Source: Felis catus
Lineage: Eukaryota
Assembly: GCF_018350175.1 (NCBI RefSeq)
Contig: NC_058368.1
Location: forward strand, 145,764,001-145,828,000
Length of the DNA: 64,000 bases
Direction: 5' to 3'
The translations under genes were made by a program, and so were the position numbers. The notes beneath the pieces were generated by a model. The model did not search any database, was not told the DNA's origin, and saw only the letters and a program-made list of their open reading frames with translations. Shown piece after piece: positions 1-13,165 of this stretch (within the stretch, counting starts at the first letter, position 1; each line of letters opens with the position of its first letter).

Positions 1-1268
1 TACAAGTGCCCCTATGCATCAGTACTCCTGTATCCCTTGGATAAATTCTTAGCAGTGCTATTGTTGGGTCATAGGGTAGGTCTATTTTTAATTTTCTTTT
101 TTTTTTTTAATTTTTTTTTCAACGTTTATTTATTTTTGGGACAGAGAGAGACAGAGCATGAACGGGGGAGGGGTAGAGAGAGAGGGAGACACAGAATCGG
201 AAACAGGCTCCAGGCTCTGAGCCATCAGCCCAGAGCCTGACGCGGGGCTCGAACTCACGGACCGCGAGATCGTGACCTGGCTGAAGTCGGACGCTTAACC
301 GACTGCACCACCCAGGCGCCCCTGTTTTTAATTTTCTGAGGAACCTCCACACTGCTTTCCAGAGCGGCTGCACCAATTTGCATTCCCACCAACAGTGCAA
401 GAGGGTTCCCGTTTCTCCACATCCTCTCCAGCATCTATAGTCTCCTGATTTGTTCATTTTGGCCACTCTGACTGGCGTGAGGTGATATCTGAGTGTGGTT
501 TTGATTTGTATTTCCCTGATAAGGAACGACGTTGAACATCTTTTCATGTGCCTGTTGGCCATCCGGATGTCTTCTTTAGAGAAGTGTCTTTTCATGTTTT
601 CTGCCCATTTCTTCACTGGGTTATTTGTTTTTCGGGTGTGGAGTTTGGTGAGCTCTTTATAGATTTTGGATACTAGCCCTTTGTCCGATATGTCATTTGC
701 GAATATCTTTTCCCATTCTGTTGGTTGCCTTTTAGTTTTGTTGGTTGTTTCCTTGGCTGTGCAGAAGCTTTTTATCTTCATAAGGTCCCAGTAATTCACT
801 TTTGCTTTTAATTTCCTTGCCTTTGGGGATGTGTCGAGTAAGAGATTGCTACGGCTGAGGTCAGAGAGGTCTTTTCCTGCTTTCTCCTCTAAGGTTTTGA
901 TGGTTTCCTGTCTCACATTCAGGTCCTTTATCCATTTTGAGTTTATTTTTGTGAATGGTGTGAGAAAGTGGTCTAGTTTCAACCTTCTGCGTGTTGCCGT
1001 CCAGTTCTCCCAGCACCATTTGTTAAAGAGGCTGTCTTTTTTCCATTGGATGTTCTTTCCTGCTTTGTCAAAGATGAGTTGGCCATACGTTTGTGGGTCT
1101 AGTTTTGGGGTTTCTATTCTATTCCATTGGTCTATGTGTCTGTTTTTGTGCCAATACCATGCTGTCTTGATGATGACAGCTTTGTAGTAGAGGCTAAAGT
1201 CTGGGATTGTGATGCCTCCTGCTTTGGTCTTCTTCTTCAAAATTACTTTGGCTATTTGGGGCCTTTTG
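1..1268 (-). mobile_element. Young carnivore/feline L1, 5'-truncated; ORF2 C-terminal part, interrupted by a SINE at 98-322; continues off the window start
   Basis: Minus frame is open from about 1268 to 323 with L1 ORF2 motifs ([39 protein letters not shown], Cys-rich [18 protein letters not shown]). L1 resumes left of the SINE. Confidence 0.95.
98..322 (-). mobile_element. Young feline CanSINE (SINEC_Fc-type) inserted in L1
   Basis: Head GGGGCGCCTGGGTGG, (CT)n, A tail; TSD tatttttaattttct (83-97) / tgtttttaattttct (323-337). Confidence 0.95.
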
Positions 1269-3498
1269 TAATACAGGGATTTCAACCAGGAGATCAGAGT
1301 CTCCTAGTAGATCTTAAAGTTGATTTCTGCCATAGCAGCCTTTCTCCTGTTCTTAGTCTTTTCTGTGATTCCTAAAGGTAAGTCAAGTATAGTCCCTAGT
1401 AATGATCTGCCTCTAATTCCTAGAGGATAGTGACTGTGCCCAATTTGGAGCCAGGTCAGTAAACAGCACATAGGGTACAAAGGAAATGCTTTCTGACATG
1501 GTTGTGATATTCAACAGTAAGAGAAAAAAAATGCGTATGTACTTTAGAAATCAAAGTTTAGGGTAGTTATTGCAAAATGTATTTTTCTGTGAAACTCAAG
1601 GTTTATTTTTAGGTAGTAAGTTGTTTCTTTTAGGATCATGCTGGTCAGAAACTGAGCAAGTACAGAAGCCATTGGGGAAATTAGTGAATTCCCTAAGTTT
1701 TGGCAGCATATGTAGTCTTGTTACGATCTTTACTTTTACTAAGTTAAACCTCAGGAAACTACTTTGTATATGCTGAGCTCTTCTTCTGTCTGCCAACAGA
1801 AAAGTTTCACAAGCAGGGTAGATGCATATCTACTAAATTATAGCCCAGAGGTTAAAAAGTTCAGAGACTGTTATGTCTAAAGCTCATGTTTTACATTTGA
1901 GAGATAAGTTATCAGTTCCTATAAAATAGGAGTATATTCAACACAGTCAAGTTCTGATTCTATTTTCTTCCTCCATTTCTCCATGAATTCTATAGTCACT
2001 TCTTCCTGTAATAGGTGATGGGAAACTTTGTTCAAAATATTTCTGGAATTAAGTGTTTGTAAACTTCTGTATTTGCTCCCTTAGTTTTTCTCACTATTTA
2101 AGTTACTCACTAGATATCCTCCAGCATATATTTTTTCTTCCTCCCCTCCTCCCTACTCTTTCTCCCCTTATTCTTGCTCTTCTTGTTCTTCTTTATCTTC
2201 GTCTTTTTTAATCTTCATCTTCTTCTTTTGGAATGAGAACCCCTGAGTTTACCTTGGCCTGTGGCCATAGAACTGGAGACTCCATTTCTCCCCTCTGCAG
2301 CTAGGTGTGGCTAATGGGATGTGAGCAACGGTGATGCAGGTACCTTCTGGTTCAGGATCTTGGGGTGGGAATAGGGGCTAGACAGCCACCTTGTTCTCTG
2401 TTTCATAAATCTGATCAGCCAAAGGTTACCCAAAGGTCTTGCAAGAAACCACAGGGAAAAAGAAGAAAGACTCATGGGCTATTGGAGAAAGAAAAGGGCT
2501 TTACAGTCTTTTGTTTTATGTTTTATACTTTTAAATATTTTTATATGCTTTAGATCGGATTTTCTTTTATATAATTCTATGTGAAAGAAGTTCTGTATAA
2601 TTTTCATTTTCCATAAGTAGATGATTATAGTGTGATAAGGTCTATAATACAAGTATGAACAAGATTGTCCCCTATTCCTCCAAGGATAGGTCAATTATTT
2701 TACTTTGGTTTGAAAATAAATGAAGTCATGGTCTGCACATAGTGTGATAATTTGCTGAATATGTTTTCTTTAAACAAGAAAGACTTTGAGGGTGTGAAAG
2801 GTGGACACTTTTTAGAATATTAGTTGGTGTTTCATGAGCAGTGATATTACTCTTATTTATTGAATGTCAGAATTTTATAAGGGAGCCGAGAACTCTGTTA
2901 GACAGATATAACCTGGGCCTGTTGCCGGATTGCTCTCTACAGTTAATATGAAAATCAATGAACAGGAATGTAGGATGTGCAGCATTAAGCAACAGAAATG
3001 TGTCCAGTGGTCATGCAAGTCTGCAAGTCTGGTCACTGGTCATGCAAGTCTGTTGAGAGTATATTCAGGGAAAACTCTTTTTGTGATATGTCTGTGGTAG
3101 GAGTACAAGGTGAGTCAACAACATTTTTGGTGCATATTAGCTGTCATTAGTAAGGGAACACAATTGGATTTTTTTTTTTTTTTCAGAAAAGGAAGTCCCT
3201 AGACTCAATTTTTAGCATGGCTTTGGTTGTTTTCTGAACATCTGCACTCAGGAGAAAGTTGAGTTGAATGATCACCCCTCTGTTTTTCACATAGCAAGTC
3301 ACAGACTGTTTTTATACACATGGACGACCTAGGAATGCTTACTCCCACCCCAGTATTATTCTGTAGTCAGCAGATGAGAAGGGACCTTATAACTTAGGGA
3401 TTTAGGTATGGCAAACTTAGGGCATTCAACAGGGGTGTGTAAGCTAGGCCTAGAGTCACAAATTTGCGATTTTAAAGGCCATTAGAAAGGGGAAAGTG

Positions 3499-3708
3499 GG
3501 GGCATCTGGATGGCTCAGTCAGTTAAGCGCCTGGCTTCATGATCTCACAGTTTGTGAGTTGAAGCCCCATGTCGGGCTCTGTGCTGGCAGCTTGGAGCCT
3601 GGAACCTGCTTCAGATTCTATGTCTCCCTCTCTCTCTTCCCCTCCCCCACATGCACTCTGTCTCTCACTCTCTCAAAAATAAATAAACATTAAAAAAAAT
3701 TTTTTTTA
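3499..3708 (+). mobile_element. CanSINE
   Basis: ggggcatctggatggctcagtcagttaag head, CT-rich tract, aataaa and A tail. Confidence 0.92.
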
Positions 3709-3721
3709 AAAGGGAAAAGTG

Positions 3722-3941
3722 AGGGTACCTGGGTGGCTCAGTCAGTTAAGCATCTCACTCTTGATTTTGGCTCAGGTCATTATTTCAGAGTCATGGGATT
3801 GAGCCCTGCATTAGGCTCTGCACTGAACATGGAGCCTGCTTAAGATTCTGTCTCCCTCTGCCTCTCTCCCTCCCTCTCCCTCTCTCTCTCCCTCTGCTCC
3901 TCTCCCCTTCTAGTGTCCTCCATCTCAAATAAAAAAAAAAG
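3722..3941 (+). mobile_element. CanSINE (older type), tandem with the previous copy
   Basis: gggtacctgggtggctcagtcagttaag head, CT tract, A tail. Confidence 0.92.
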
Positions 3942-6148
3942 AAGGGGGAAAGTGATAACATATATTTGCAAAATGTCATAGTATTTATTGAGTAAAATAA
4001 AAGGAGCCTATTTGTTCTCCATCAAACAGAAGAGGTGAATGCAGAATTGAAGACTGCAGAAGGGTCACAATATTTGTTCAAGAGAGTAAAATATTAGGGG
4101 TCCTTTTTTTCCTAGTTGAGGTATTAACTGAATATATGCTATGTAGTTCCATTGATTATAACTTGTGACAACTGTTTTTCTCTTTTGGGGGGCTTCCAAG
4201 TCATCAAATATTCCTGGAAGAGCTCCATGCTAATTTCTGGGGAAGTGCAACCCCAGATGCTTCATTTAGCACTGTGGCAACCCTCTTTAACCTGCTGGGT
4301 TCCAATAGATGTGGCCTCCAGATGTCTTAGGTATAACTTTTAGCTGTGAGTCCTTCCTATCAGTAATTTTCCTGGTAAATGGTATAGAGTTGGGAGAGCA
4401 GGAGGGGGTAGAGAAAGAAAACAGCTTTTCTTCAGGTTTATGTTCTTTTTGATACTTCTGTATGACCATCTTGAAAGAGAAGGTTGATTTGCTCATTTGT
4501 TTCAGGAGAACATTAGCTGTGTCCTCATTCAGGGCACAGAGGAAAGGAAATTTTCCTCCTACCACCTAGAGCTCATGGCTAATGTCCCTCCTCCAAGCAG
4601 TGATTTTGGGTAAAACTAGATTTGTGAAATTTTTATTTTTGGAAGGGATTATTGATCAAATGGTACTTGGTGGCCACCCCATCACCACCACTCTCCTTGT
4701 CCCCATCATGATAATGATGGTCTTGCCATCATGAGGGCTTTGTCATAGAGTTTTGTAGTGGTAACTGATTGGAGAGAGGATAGAGATAGACAGACATACA
4801 ATATACAAATATGTATGAATATATATCATTGAATAATGAAAACATATAAGTGTGCCAGTGGTTGAACTGGTGGATGGATGTACGCTGGAAAGTGAGTGAC
4901 TTATGACAAGTTGGAAATTTGGAACAAGATTGGGGCTAGTCAAGCCCTGTGCCTCAGTGGCCCTAGACTTTGCATGGACTTTCTCCAGCTTTTCTGAGCG
5001 CCTCTCTGGTGCTTGGAACAGCTAGAAATGTCAGTGCACCAAGGATGGGATCATCCCAAGAGGATCACTCTCTTGCCTCTTTCCTTTTCCAGATTGTTTG
5101 TAACTGGGCCACCAGAGTGGTGCTGACAGCATGACTTTGGGTGACTCAAATTGTTTATAGAGACAGAGATTGGCAAAAAACATTTGCCCAGGTCCCAAAT
5201 GCCCTAGGGGTGGCCCTTGCTAGAGACACAAATTTGGAAATAGTTTGTTATTAAAAGTCATGAAACTAGATGAGGTCATCTAGGAGTGAGTGTAGATAGA
5301 AAAGGAGCTCACACCAAAAGTCCTTGGGGGTTATAGAGTTGGCATGTTGACATTCTTGATTCTCTGTGTTGCATGCTTTCCAATAGAGATTTTCTCCAGC
5401 CATGATGGCAGACACCCCCCCCACCCACTCCTTGTCTGATAGGGGTTTCCTTACCCAGATGGGCTGCAGTACAAAAACAAGGTCTTCATAACAAATACAG
5501 GCAGGCACAGAATGTCACCTTCATGTAGTTCCCTAGACAGATGGCTTTGAAGTTTAATTATTTTTCCTCTTCATTTAGCGTGGGTAGATAAAACCAATGT
5601 AAAAATGACTTATAGAAATAATTATTTAGGTAATCGCACTAAGATATTACTGTTGGGGTAAAGGAGAGAGGTTTTCTAGGGGAAAGAATAGACTGATGAC
5701 TGCATGTACTTGGGAGGTAGGGTGTGGGTAGGGTGAGGCTGATTTTTTCAGCTTTTCCATTCACTTCTACTTATTTTGGTCCATTCTACTTGTATGGTTT
5801 CCTGGAGCCTGGATTTATTATCTGCATGAGCCAAAACAATTGAATAACTAACACTTTAGTTTTGGCTTTGTAGATATAGAACTGGCGTTTTTATCTGAAT
5901 ATTTTTTTTAATATTAAGCAGTTCCTCACTCTTCCTTCAATTGTCTGGAAGTTTTAGTTTTGGATCAGAATTATCAACACTTGTCTGAATTCTTTCCTTG
6001 ACTATTTACATTAAATAAACACCTTCCCATCTTCCTGCAAGTATAGAGACTTGCACCAAGGGAGTCCTCAGGATTTACTGATGTTCCTTGAGACCATGGT
6101 TTGGTATAGATTAAACACATATTAGGAATTGAAGAATGGCAATTTTCT

Positions 6149-6151
<3 letters not shown>

Positions 6152-6187
<36 letters not shown>
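6152..6187. repeat. (AT)n microsatellite
   Basis: Read directly from the sequence. Confidence 0.95.
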
Positions 6188-6190
<3 letters not shown>

Positions 6191-7984
6191 AAAATCATTA
6201 AAATAATCACACACACCCCCTTCCATGAAGGCAGAGCCCCTTGAATTAAATAGGTAAAAAATATCTTCCTTGTAGTCAGTAGTTTTGTACAAGACACAGT
6301 TAATTGGAACAGTTTTGGCTTTAAACCCAGTGAATTTGGTGCTCTGGAACAATGCTTGAGGAGTTTCCATGTCAAATAAGCATTGGCTTCTCATGAACTT
6401 ACCCTTGGCTTTCTGTGTCTGCTATATTCTAAGCTTTCCAAGATGACAACTTAGCACTTCAGTCAGGGAGATTTACTGTATGTGAATGAGTCCATGCAGA
6501 GTGTCGGGAAACATTAATCACTCCAGGACTTCCCTCACTGTCCATTGGCTGGCTCACACACACAAAGGATCTCATGGGCCACTCTGAGAAGAAAGATAGG
6601 CAGTAGAAGAGGAGTATAACGCAGGGCCCTCTTCTGAGACAGGAGAGCAACGGCTACTATTGATAGTATTTGGGGCATGATCACAGGCCACGGGGAGAGT
6701 TTGCTGCTCATTTATCTCCAAAGTCCAGAGGATCGTGTTCCTGGACAAAAGGAACATGCTTGAAAATAGGAGGGTACAGGAGGGAGTAAACTTGGAGGAA
6801 GAAAAGGTCGCTGGGAGGATGGGATGATGGGGGACTGGGTCACAGTCACTGTCAGATTCCTTGTATATTTTGGCTATAGATTTGCGGCTTCTTTGATAGG
6901 TAAGCTGAACTCACCACTGTAGATGGCTAGAGGCTGAGTTAGTTATTGGCTTCCTGTGAGATGTGGTCTTTGCAGGGCTGATCTTTGCAGGGTGTAAATG
7001 GGTAACTCAGTGATCAGGAGTCCATCAGCTAGGCAGTGTATATCATATGATCTCATATAATTAAAAGTACATTCCTCACTCATCTGTCTGGTGCTGCTTT
7101 GTTGATGTGTGTGTGTGTGCACATGCGCACGCTTATAGGGGTATCTGGGTTTCCAGTCTATGAAGAGCCTGTAGGAGTTGCAAGCAGCATGAAGATACCC
7201 AGTATCTGAGGATAATAGAAGGAGGCTGTGGGTATTGGAAATGGGAGGTAGGGAAGGGAAGGGTACAATATAAGGGCAGAAAGAGTTTTTCTAATTTATA
7301 GTTTTGTCTGGGCTAGCTCTGACCATTGGGGGTCAGAGCTTCCTGAATGAGAAAGTAAAGTCCCAAGGCAAATAAGCCTGTATTGTTAAAGACATTTTTT
7401 CCCAAGTGGGCCTTTATTCATTTCTGGATTTTACTCTTGTCATTCTCCAACTAAATTCTTCTGAGTTGAGATATAAGGAAAGATGAGGTAGGAAATATCC
7501 AAGAGTGAGCTTGGGGAACAGTAGTTTTGCAACATATTAAAAAGGGGACTTCTGGGAATGTTGTTCTGTTGAAATAAATCCAACCATGTTTGCCTTTATG
7601 GAAAACAGAATCTTTTCTTCAACAGATTTTTCTCCCCAGCTGCTTAGAAGCCCTTAACTTCCCTTTCTTAGCCCTTTTAAGAGGGGGGAGTTTGTCAATT
7701 TGTCTTTGATTCCTGATTAGTCCTGGGAATCCTGATAGACATTCCACATGGAAAAAGTGTAATTTTTGAGCAGGGATTTGGGAACGTAGACACCTTTTTT
7801 CAGCCAAAGGATCACATCCAACCTGGCTCTGAAAAGCCCGAGACATAAAAACCTAAGAATGATCCCATTTCCTTTATGAGATCGCTAGTTCTGGAAAGGA
7901 CACTTCTTCCCCGGCAGGTGATGTGGAGGAAAGCAAGTTTGTGGGCTGTGGATTACCATAGGCCTCATCTGAATCGTGGTCTGA

Positions 7985-8300
7985 GGAGCCCACTTGAGTG
8001 CCTCTCAGCCTCAGTTTGCTCATCTGTAAAATAAAGGTTATGATACCCTCTTAGCCATGTCATTGTGAGGATTAAATAAGATAATGAGAGCAAGAGAGAG
8101 ACTGGATAGTAAAGGGTTGGGGACAGGGACTCTGTCCTGACCCTATTACCTGCAAGCTGGGGAACCTCGGCCAAATCACCTATTCCTTTCCTGCCTCCCC
8201 TTTGCATCTGTAAAGTGCTGACAATAGTTCCTACTGCACAGACTTGTTAGGAATAAATGAGATAATAGAAGCAGAGTACTTAGAAAACTGACTCATCGTA
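7985..8300 (+). mobile_element. Two MIR fragments
   Basis: MIR core motifs cctcagtttgctcatctgtaaaat...gtgaggattaaat and catctgtaaagtg...aaatgagataat. Confidence 0.65.
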
Positions 8301-10593
8301 AGATGGGATTGTTATTAAAATGATTTTCACATAGGAGTGTTCAATACAGGATAGCTACTAGAATTATTTGTAGGCAGATATGTTGGGTAACTCTTTTTTC
8401 TCATTCGGGTCACAATGGACTTTTCACAAAGGCTTCCTTTTGCTCAGAATTTCCACCAGTTCAGTCATGGATTTTCCCCGTTCTTTGCTCCAGATCACTG
8501 CATCTTGTGTTTGAATGACCTCATTCCCTCCTGCAGATGATTGGCAGTGGTCTCTGCCTTCCTTTCCAGGATCATAGAGCAATTGTCCTTTCAGTGTCCC
8601 ACCTCTAAGCTTATAGGCAATAAACTCCATTCACCTATGAAGCCACACATTGTTGACTTGTATTCCTCCCTATCCTGTCCTTCCCCCTACTCTCCCTTTT
8701 TGTCCTCTTACCATTTTTACAATGCCCCAGCCTAATAAATGAGTTCAGAAGGCAGCCCTGCCAGTATTTCCAGAGCTCTATTTTGTAGGTAAAAGACAAA
8801 GATTATTTCCTATAGCACAATTAGAATTAGGCTGGCAGATAAAATCCTCCACTCACTGATTGTGACTGATTAGTGGTCCTTAAGTGCCAACCATGTATTT
8901 TGGCACTTTTAACTGTTACTTCTTAAAACACTCTATTCCTTTGGGCGTATTGACTTTAGTGTATTAAGAATTACTTAGGCGGTTAGTGAGAGGCAATGGA
9001 GCCTTTCTTCCTGGAGTCAAAACCACCCAGAAGTATAATGGACCATTTTACCAAGGAAGGGTGATAGTCTGTGCCTCCCTCTCTTCCAGACAGATTCTAG
9101 AAATTCTAGTTCTACAGAAGGAAAACCTGGGCTGCAAAGGAGTTAATGTAGTAGATAACACTGGGTAAAGTGCATTTTTGAAAATGTGAGGTAGGGGATC
9201 TTCCCATTTCCTCACTTTGCTTTGGAAAACAATGAGAATGTCCAGAAAGGAAAATGTTCACATGTGAAAAATGAAAACACCTTACGTTTGTGAAGCATAG
9301 GTTACTCAGTGGGGGCTTAGGCAAATTACTCAATTCCTTTGAACTTTATTTTCCATTTGATAAAATGAGAATAATAATATCTACCCAGCTTATGTTTTGA
9401 GAATCAATATATACATATTACTTTATAGATATATAGACATTACATATCTATTTATCTCTCCATCTACTTTAGATACTGTAAAGTCCCATTTAAGGAATTA
9501 CATTTCTCAAAGTGTTCTCCCATACCTGACATGTTTTATTTTCTCTCATTTATTTATTCAACAAATATCTACTGGGAGATGGTCATGTACCAGGGACTGT
9601 GCATGGTATTTGGGACACTGACATGACCCTCTAAGAGCTCATGGCTTGGAGTTTTTAGGTGTGCATGTGTGAGGGGAGGGATACAGATGTGTAAAAGAAC
9701 ACTGAAATACTAGGGAAATATAGAGTATTGGGTTTTTTTCAATTATCCCAATCTATAGGTTGAGAAAACTTGAGGCACTGGAGTTAAATTTGAGCAGATT
9801 CCATGGCTATTAGTATGTTTTATTATATTAGCTCGTGTTTCCTCATGAGTTTGAGACCTGCTGAAGACTCAGAAGGACAGTGGCTGGCTGCTATAGGTCT
9901 GTATTGGGTGAGGGATGGGGGATGGAGTGTTTCTTCCATAAATATATTCAGGAGAGTTCTCCAGTGAGTCCCACAAAGAAAACAGCTGGGAAGTACTGAG
10001 CAACTTGATCTCCAGAGGGCACTTCCAGCCTGACCAGTGTATGAAAACATCGTAAAATCTCTCCTTGTCTCCAGGTCTAGTGACTCTCTGCTAAGGTTGT
10101 TCTGAAGGGCCTAGGGGAAATGCCTCTCCAAGTGTCTTGAGGCAGATCCTCTGGGGATGCAGAGTTGGACTTTAAGCTATTTTTGTTATAATTGTGTGTG
10201 TGTATGTGTGTTTGTGTGTGTGTGTGTGTTACAGCTTTTTTCACCTGTAAAATTGGCTCAGTAATTATTTGCGTCAAAATCACATTATCTCATCCCAAAA
10301 ACTGATTTTAAAACTAAGCCATTTATTTATATATCTATAATTGCATCATGATAGCATTCTTAAAACATTTATCACCATAGTAGACATTAGAAATATTGAG
10401 GCCAATCTAAACTACTCCCTTCCATTTATTGTTTAATAAACAAAACAAAGCATGTAATAAACTCACAGTTTAATTCCTGCAGTAAATTTCTTTGGCTTGA
10501 CATCCATAGTGGCTTCCATTTTTCTGACTGTACTTTGAACTAAAACAGATCTTCAGACCCACAATAATGAAATTTATACTCCTCTCCACACCA

Positions 10594-10613
10594 CCCCCCC
10601 CCCCCCCCCCCCC
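10594..10613. repeat. C20 homopolymer
   Basis: Read directly from the sequence. Confidence 0.9.
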
Positions 10614-10805
10614 GCCCAGCACCTTTTGCTTTCACTTATTGGAATTTCCCACCCAAGTCTTTTCAAGTCATTTGCTTGTCTATCCTTGGACCCTGTCCTC
10701 TGAACCTTGCTGTTAGTGGTAACATTTTGCTGCTTATGGGACCCTAGCTTGGAGAGACGTTTGTTACATAGTTCTGCTAAGAATTCTCCTATGTTGTTTT
10801 TTCTT

Positions 10806-10822
10806 TTCTTTTTTTAAATTTT

Positions 10823-10869
<47 letters not shown>

Positions 10870-11011
10870 GTGGGGGCAGAGAGAGAGAATTCCAAGCAGC
10901 CTCCACGCTCAGCATGGAGCCTGACATGGGACTTGATCCCATGACCCTGGGATCCTGACCTGAGCAGAAATAGAGTCAGATGCTCAACTGACTGAGCCAC
11001 CCAAGTGCCCC
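10806..11011 (-). mobile_element. CanSINE with long (GA)n
   Basis: actgagccacccaagtgcccc head end, (GA)n, T-rich tail. Confidence 0.92.
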
Positions 11012-11568
11012 TCTTTTCTCTTTTATTTTTCTCTCTTTTTTCCTCCCTCCTTTCCTTGCTTCCTTCCTTCCTCTTCTTCATAGATTCCTAATACTTGTGT
11101 CATTGTTCTGTCTCATATGCTTACATGCTTTACTTAGAATAAAGAATTTTCAGGCATTTTACCTGATTCCATGTGTCAGCTTGGACTAGAGGACTAAGTA
11201 TACCTTAGTCTGCCCATCCTAATCACTGATAGGGTAGGTAGAGAATAGCAGATTAAGTTCCCAAGTGGGACAGAAAACACAAATAATTTTAGGGAAAAAA
11301 ATCACCAGAAAATTAAAAAATAAAGTTTATCACATTTCCATTATGAAAGTATATACATATATGTATATACATATTAATAGGAGACAGGAAATATAGAGAA
11401 ATTTTTAAAAATCACTTAGAGACAGCAAATATTTCACATTTCTCATTCTTTTTTATGGTTTTGTATACATGTGTATTTTATATAATTATAATAAACTTTG
11501 CATATTGCTGTTTTCACTTAACATGACAACAGAATTATTTATGTTTTTATGCATTAAGCATAATTTTA

Positions 11569-12028
11569 TTTTTTTATTGTTATTAAATTTTTTTTAAAGT
11601 TTATTTTTATTTTTATTATTATTTTTTTTAGCGTTTATTTATTTTTGAGACAGAGAGAGACAAAACATGAATGGGGGAGGGCCAGAGAGAGGGAGACACA
11701 GAATCTGAAACAGGCTCCAGGCTCTGAGCTGTCAGCACAGAGCCCGACGCGGGGCTTGAACTCACGGACCGCGAGATCATGACCTGGGCCGAAGTCGGCC
11801 ACTTAACCGACTGAGCCACCCAGGCACCCCTAAAGTTTATTTTGAGAGAGAGAGAGACAGTGCAAGTGGGGCAGAGGCAGAGAGAGAAGAGGAGAGAGAA
11901 TCCCAAGCAGACTCCGTGCTGGCAGTGCACAGCCTGATGTGGGGCTCAAATCCATGAAACCCCAAAATCTTGATCCGAGTTGAAACCGAGAGTCAGACAC
12001 TTAACTGACTGAGCCACCCAGGCGTCCC
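11569..12028 (-). mobile_element. Older CanSINE whose tail hosts a second SINE
   Basis: Outer TSD taa(g/a)cataatttta at about 11555-11568 and 12029-12042. Confidence 0.88.
11608..11830 (-). mobile_element. Younger CanSINE nested in the tail of an older SINE
   Basis: TSD taaagtttatttt at 11595-11607 and 11831-11843. Confidence 0.92.
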
Positions 12029-12344
12029 TAAACATAATTTTAAATGAATATATATATAACTGGCCATTGAGATTTTGTGAGTGGCACTTTTTTTTAATTA
12101 CCCCTTTTTATTAAACATTTAGTTTTTATAAAGTATCCACCATTATTATTAATATTATAATGAACATCTTAGGCTATAAAGAAGTTTTTATGTTTTGGAT
12201 TATGTCTTTAGTTGTGGCTTCCGAGATGTGAATTACTGGCTTAAAGCATAGAACATTATGATCCAAGAAATGAAACTTGGAAAACAGAATGTGATTCATT
12301 CCTTTACATTTGCCCAACATGAGCCTATGTTAAAACATGTTGAA

Positions 12345-12565
12345 TAGTGCTGAAGCCAGGCTGCCTGTGTCCTCATCCTGGCTCCATCCCTTTCTGTGTA
12401 ACTTTGAGTTCGTTACTAACCTCCATGTCCCTCTGTTTCCTTATCTGTGAAACGCTTGTAAAATTATTATGATGTTTAAATGAGCTAATTTCTGTAATGT
12501 GCTTAGAATGTCGTCTGACACATAGTAAACACTATATAAATATTAGCCATTACTGTTATTAATAA
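12345..12565 (+). mobile_element. MIR
   Basis: tgtttccttatctgtgaaa core and 3' end tattagccattactgttatt. Confidence 0.7.
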
Positions 12566-12950
12566 CATCAAATGGGAACTGTAAACAAGTTGTGAATTTC
12601 TCAGAGTGCCTGGTTCTGATAGATAAATCCAGGAAAGGACTACTAGAGCCATGGGAAGTGCAGAGGGAAACCTCTCAAATAACAAGATATGGGGATAGAC
12701 TGATGGAGACAGAATCATAATATTTTGTATTTGTGAAGGGCTTCACAGTTTACAAAGTCCTTTGATATTGGTACTCACCCCCTTCCCACACACATTATGT
12801 CTGTGAGGCATAGGTCATGTTGGTTCTATCTGACAGATAAGAAAACTGAGGCTTAGAGTTAGGAAGTGGCTGAACAAGAATCCATAGTCACTAAGTGGAA
12901 GAGCTAGGTCTTGACTTAAGTCTTCTTTTTTATTATAACAGTTGATTACA

Positions 12951-13165
12951 AGGGTGCCTGGGTGGCTCAGTCGATTAAGTATCCGACTTCGGCTCAGGTC
13001 ATGATCTCACAGTTCGTGAGTTTGAGCCCCACATCAGGCTCTGTGCTGACAGCTCAGAGTCTGGAGCCTGCGTCAGATTCTGTGTCTCCCCCTCTCTCTG
13101 CCCCTTCCCTGCTCACGCTCAGTCGCTCTCTCTCTCTCAAAAATAAATCAACATTAAAAAAATTT
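12951..13165 (+). mobile_element. CanSINE
   Basis: Full head, CT tract and tail; TSD ttataacagttgattacaa at 12933-12951 and 13164-13182. Confidence 0.95.

Noticed and set aside
119..1285. 388-aa ORF as a host gene
   Set aside because: It is a 5'-truncated L1 ORF2 fused to SINE sequence, lacking the EN and RT core
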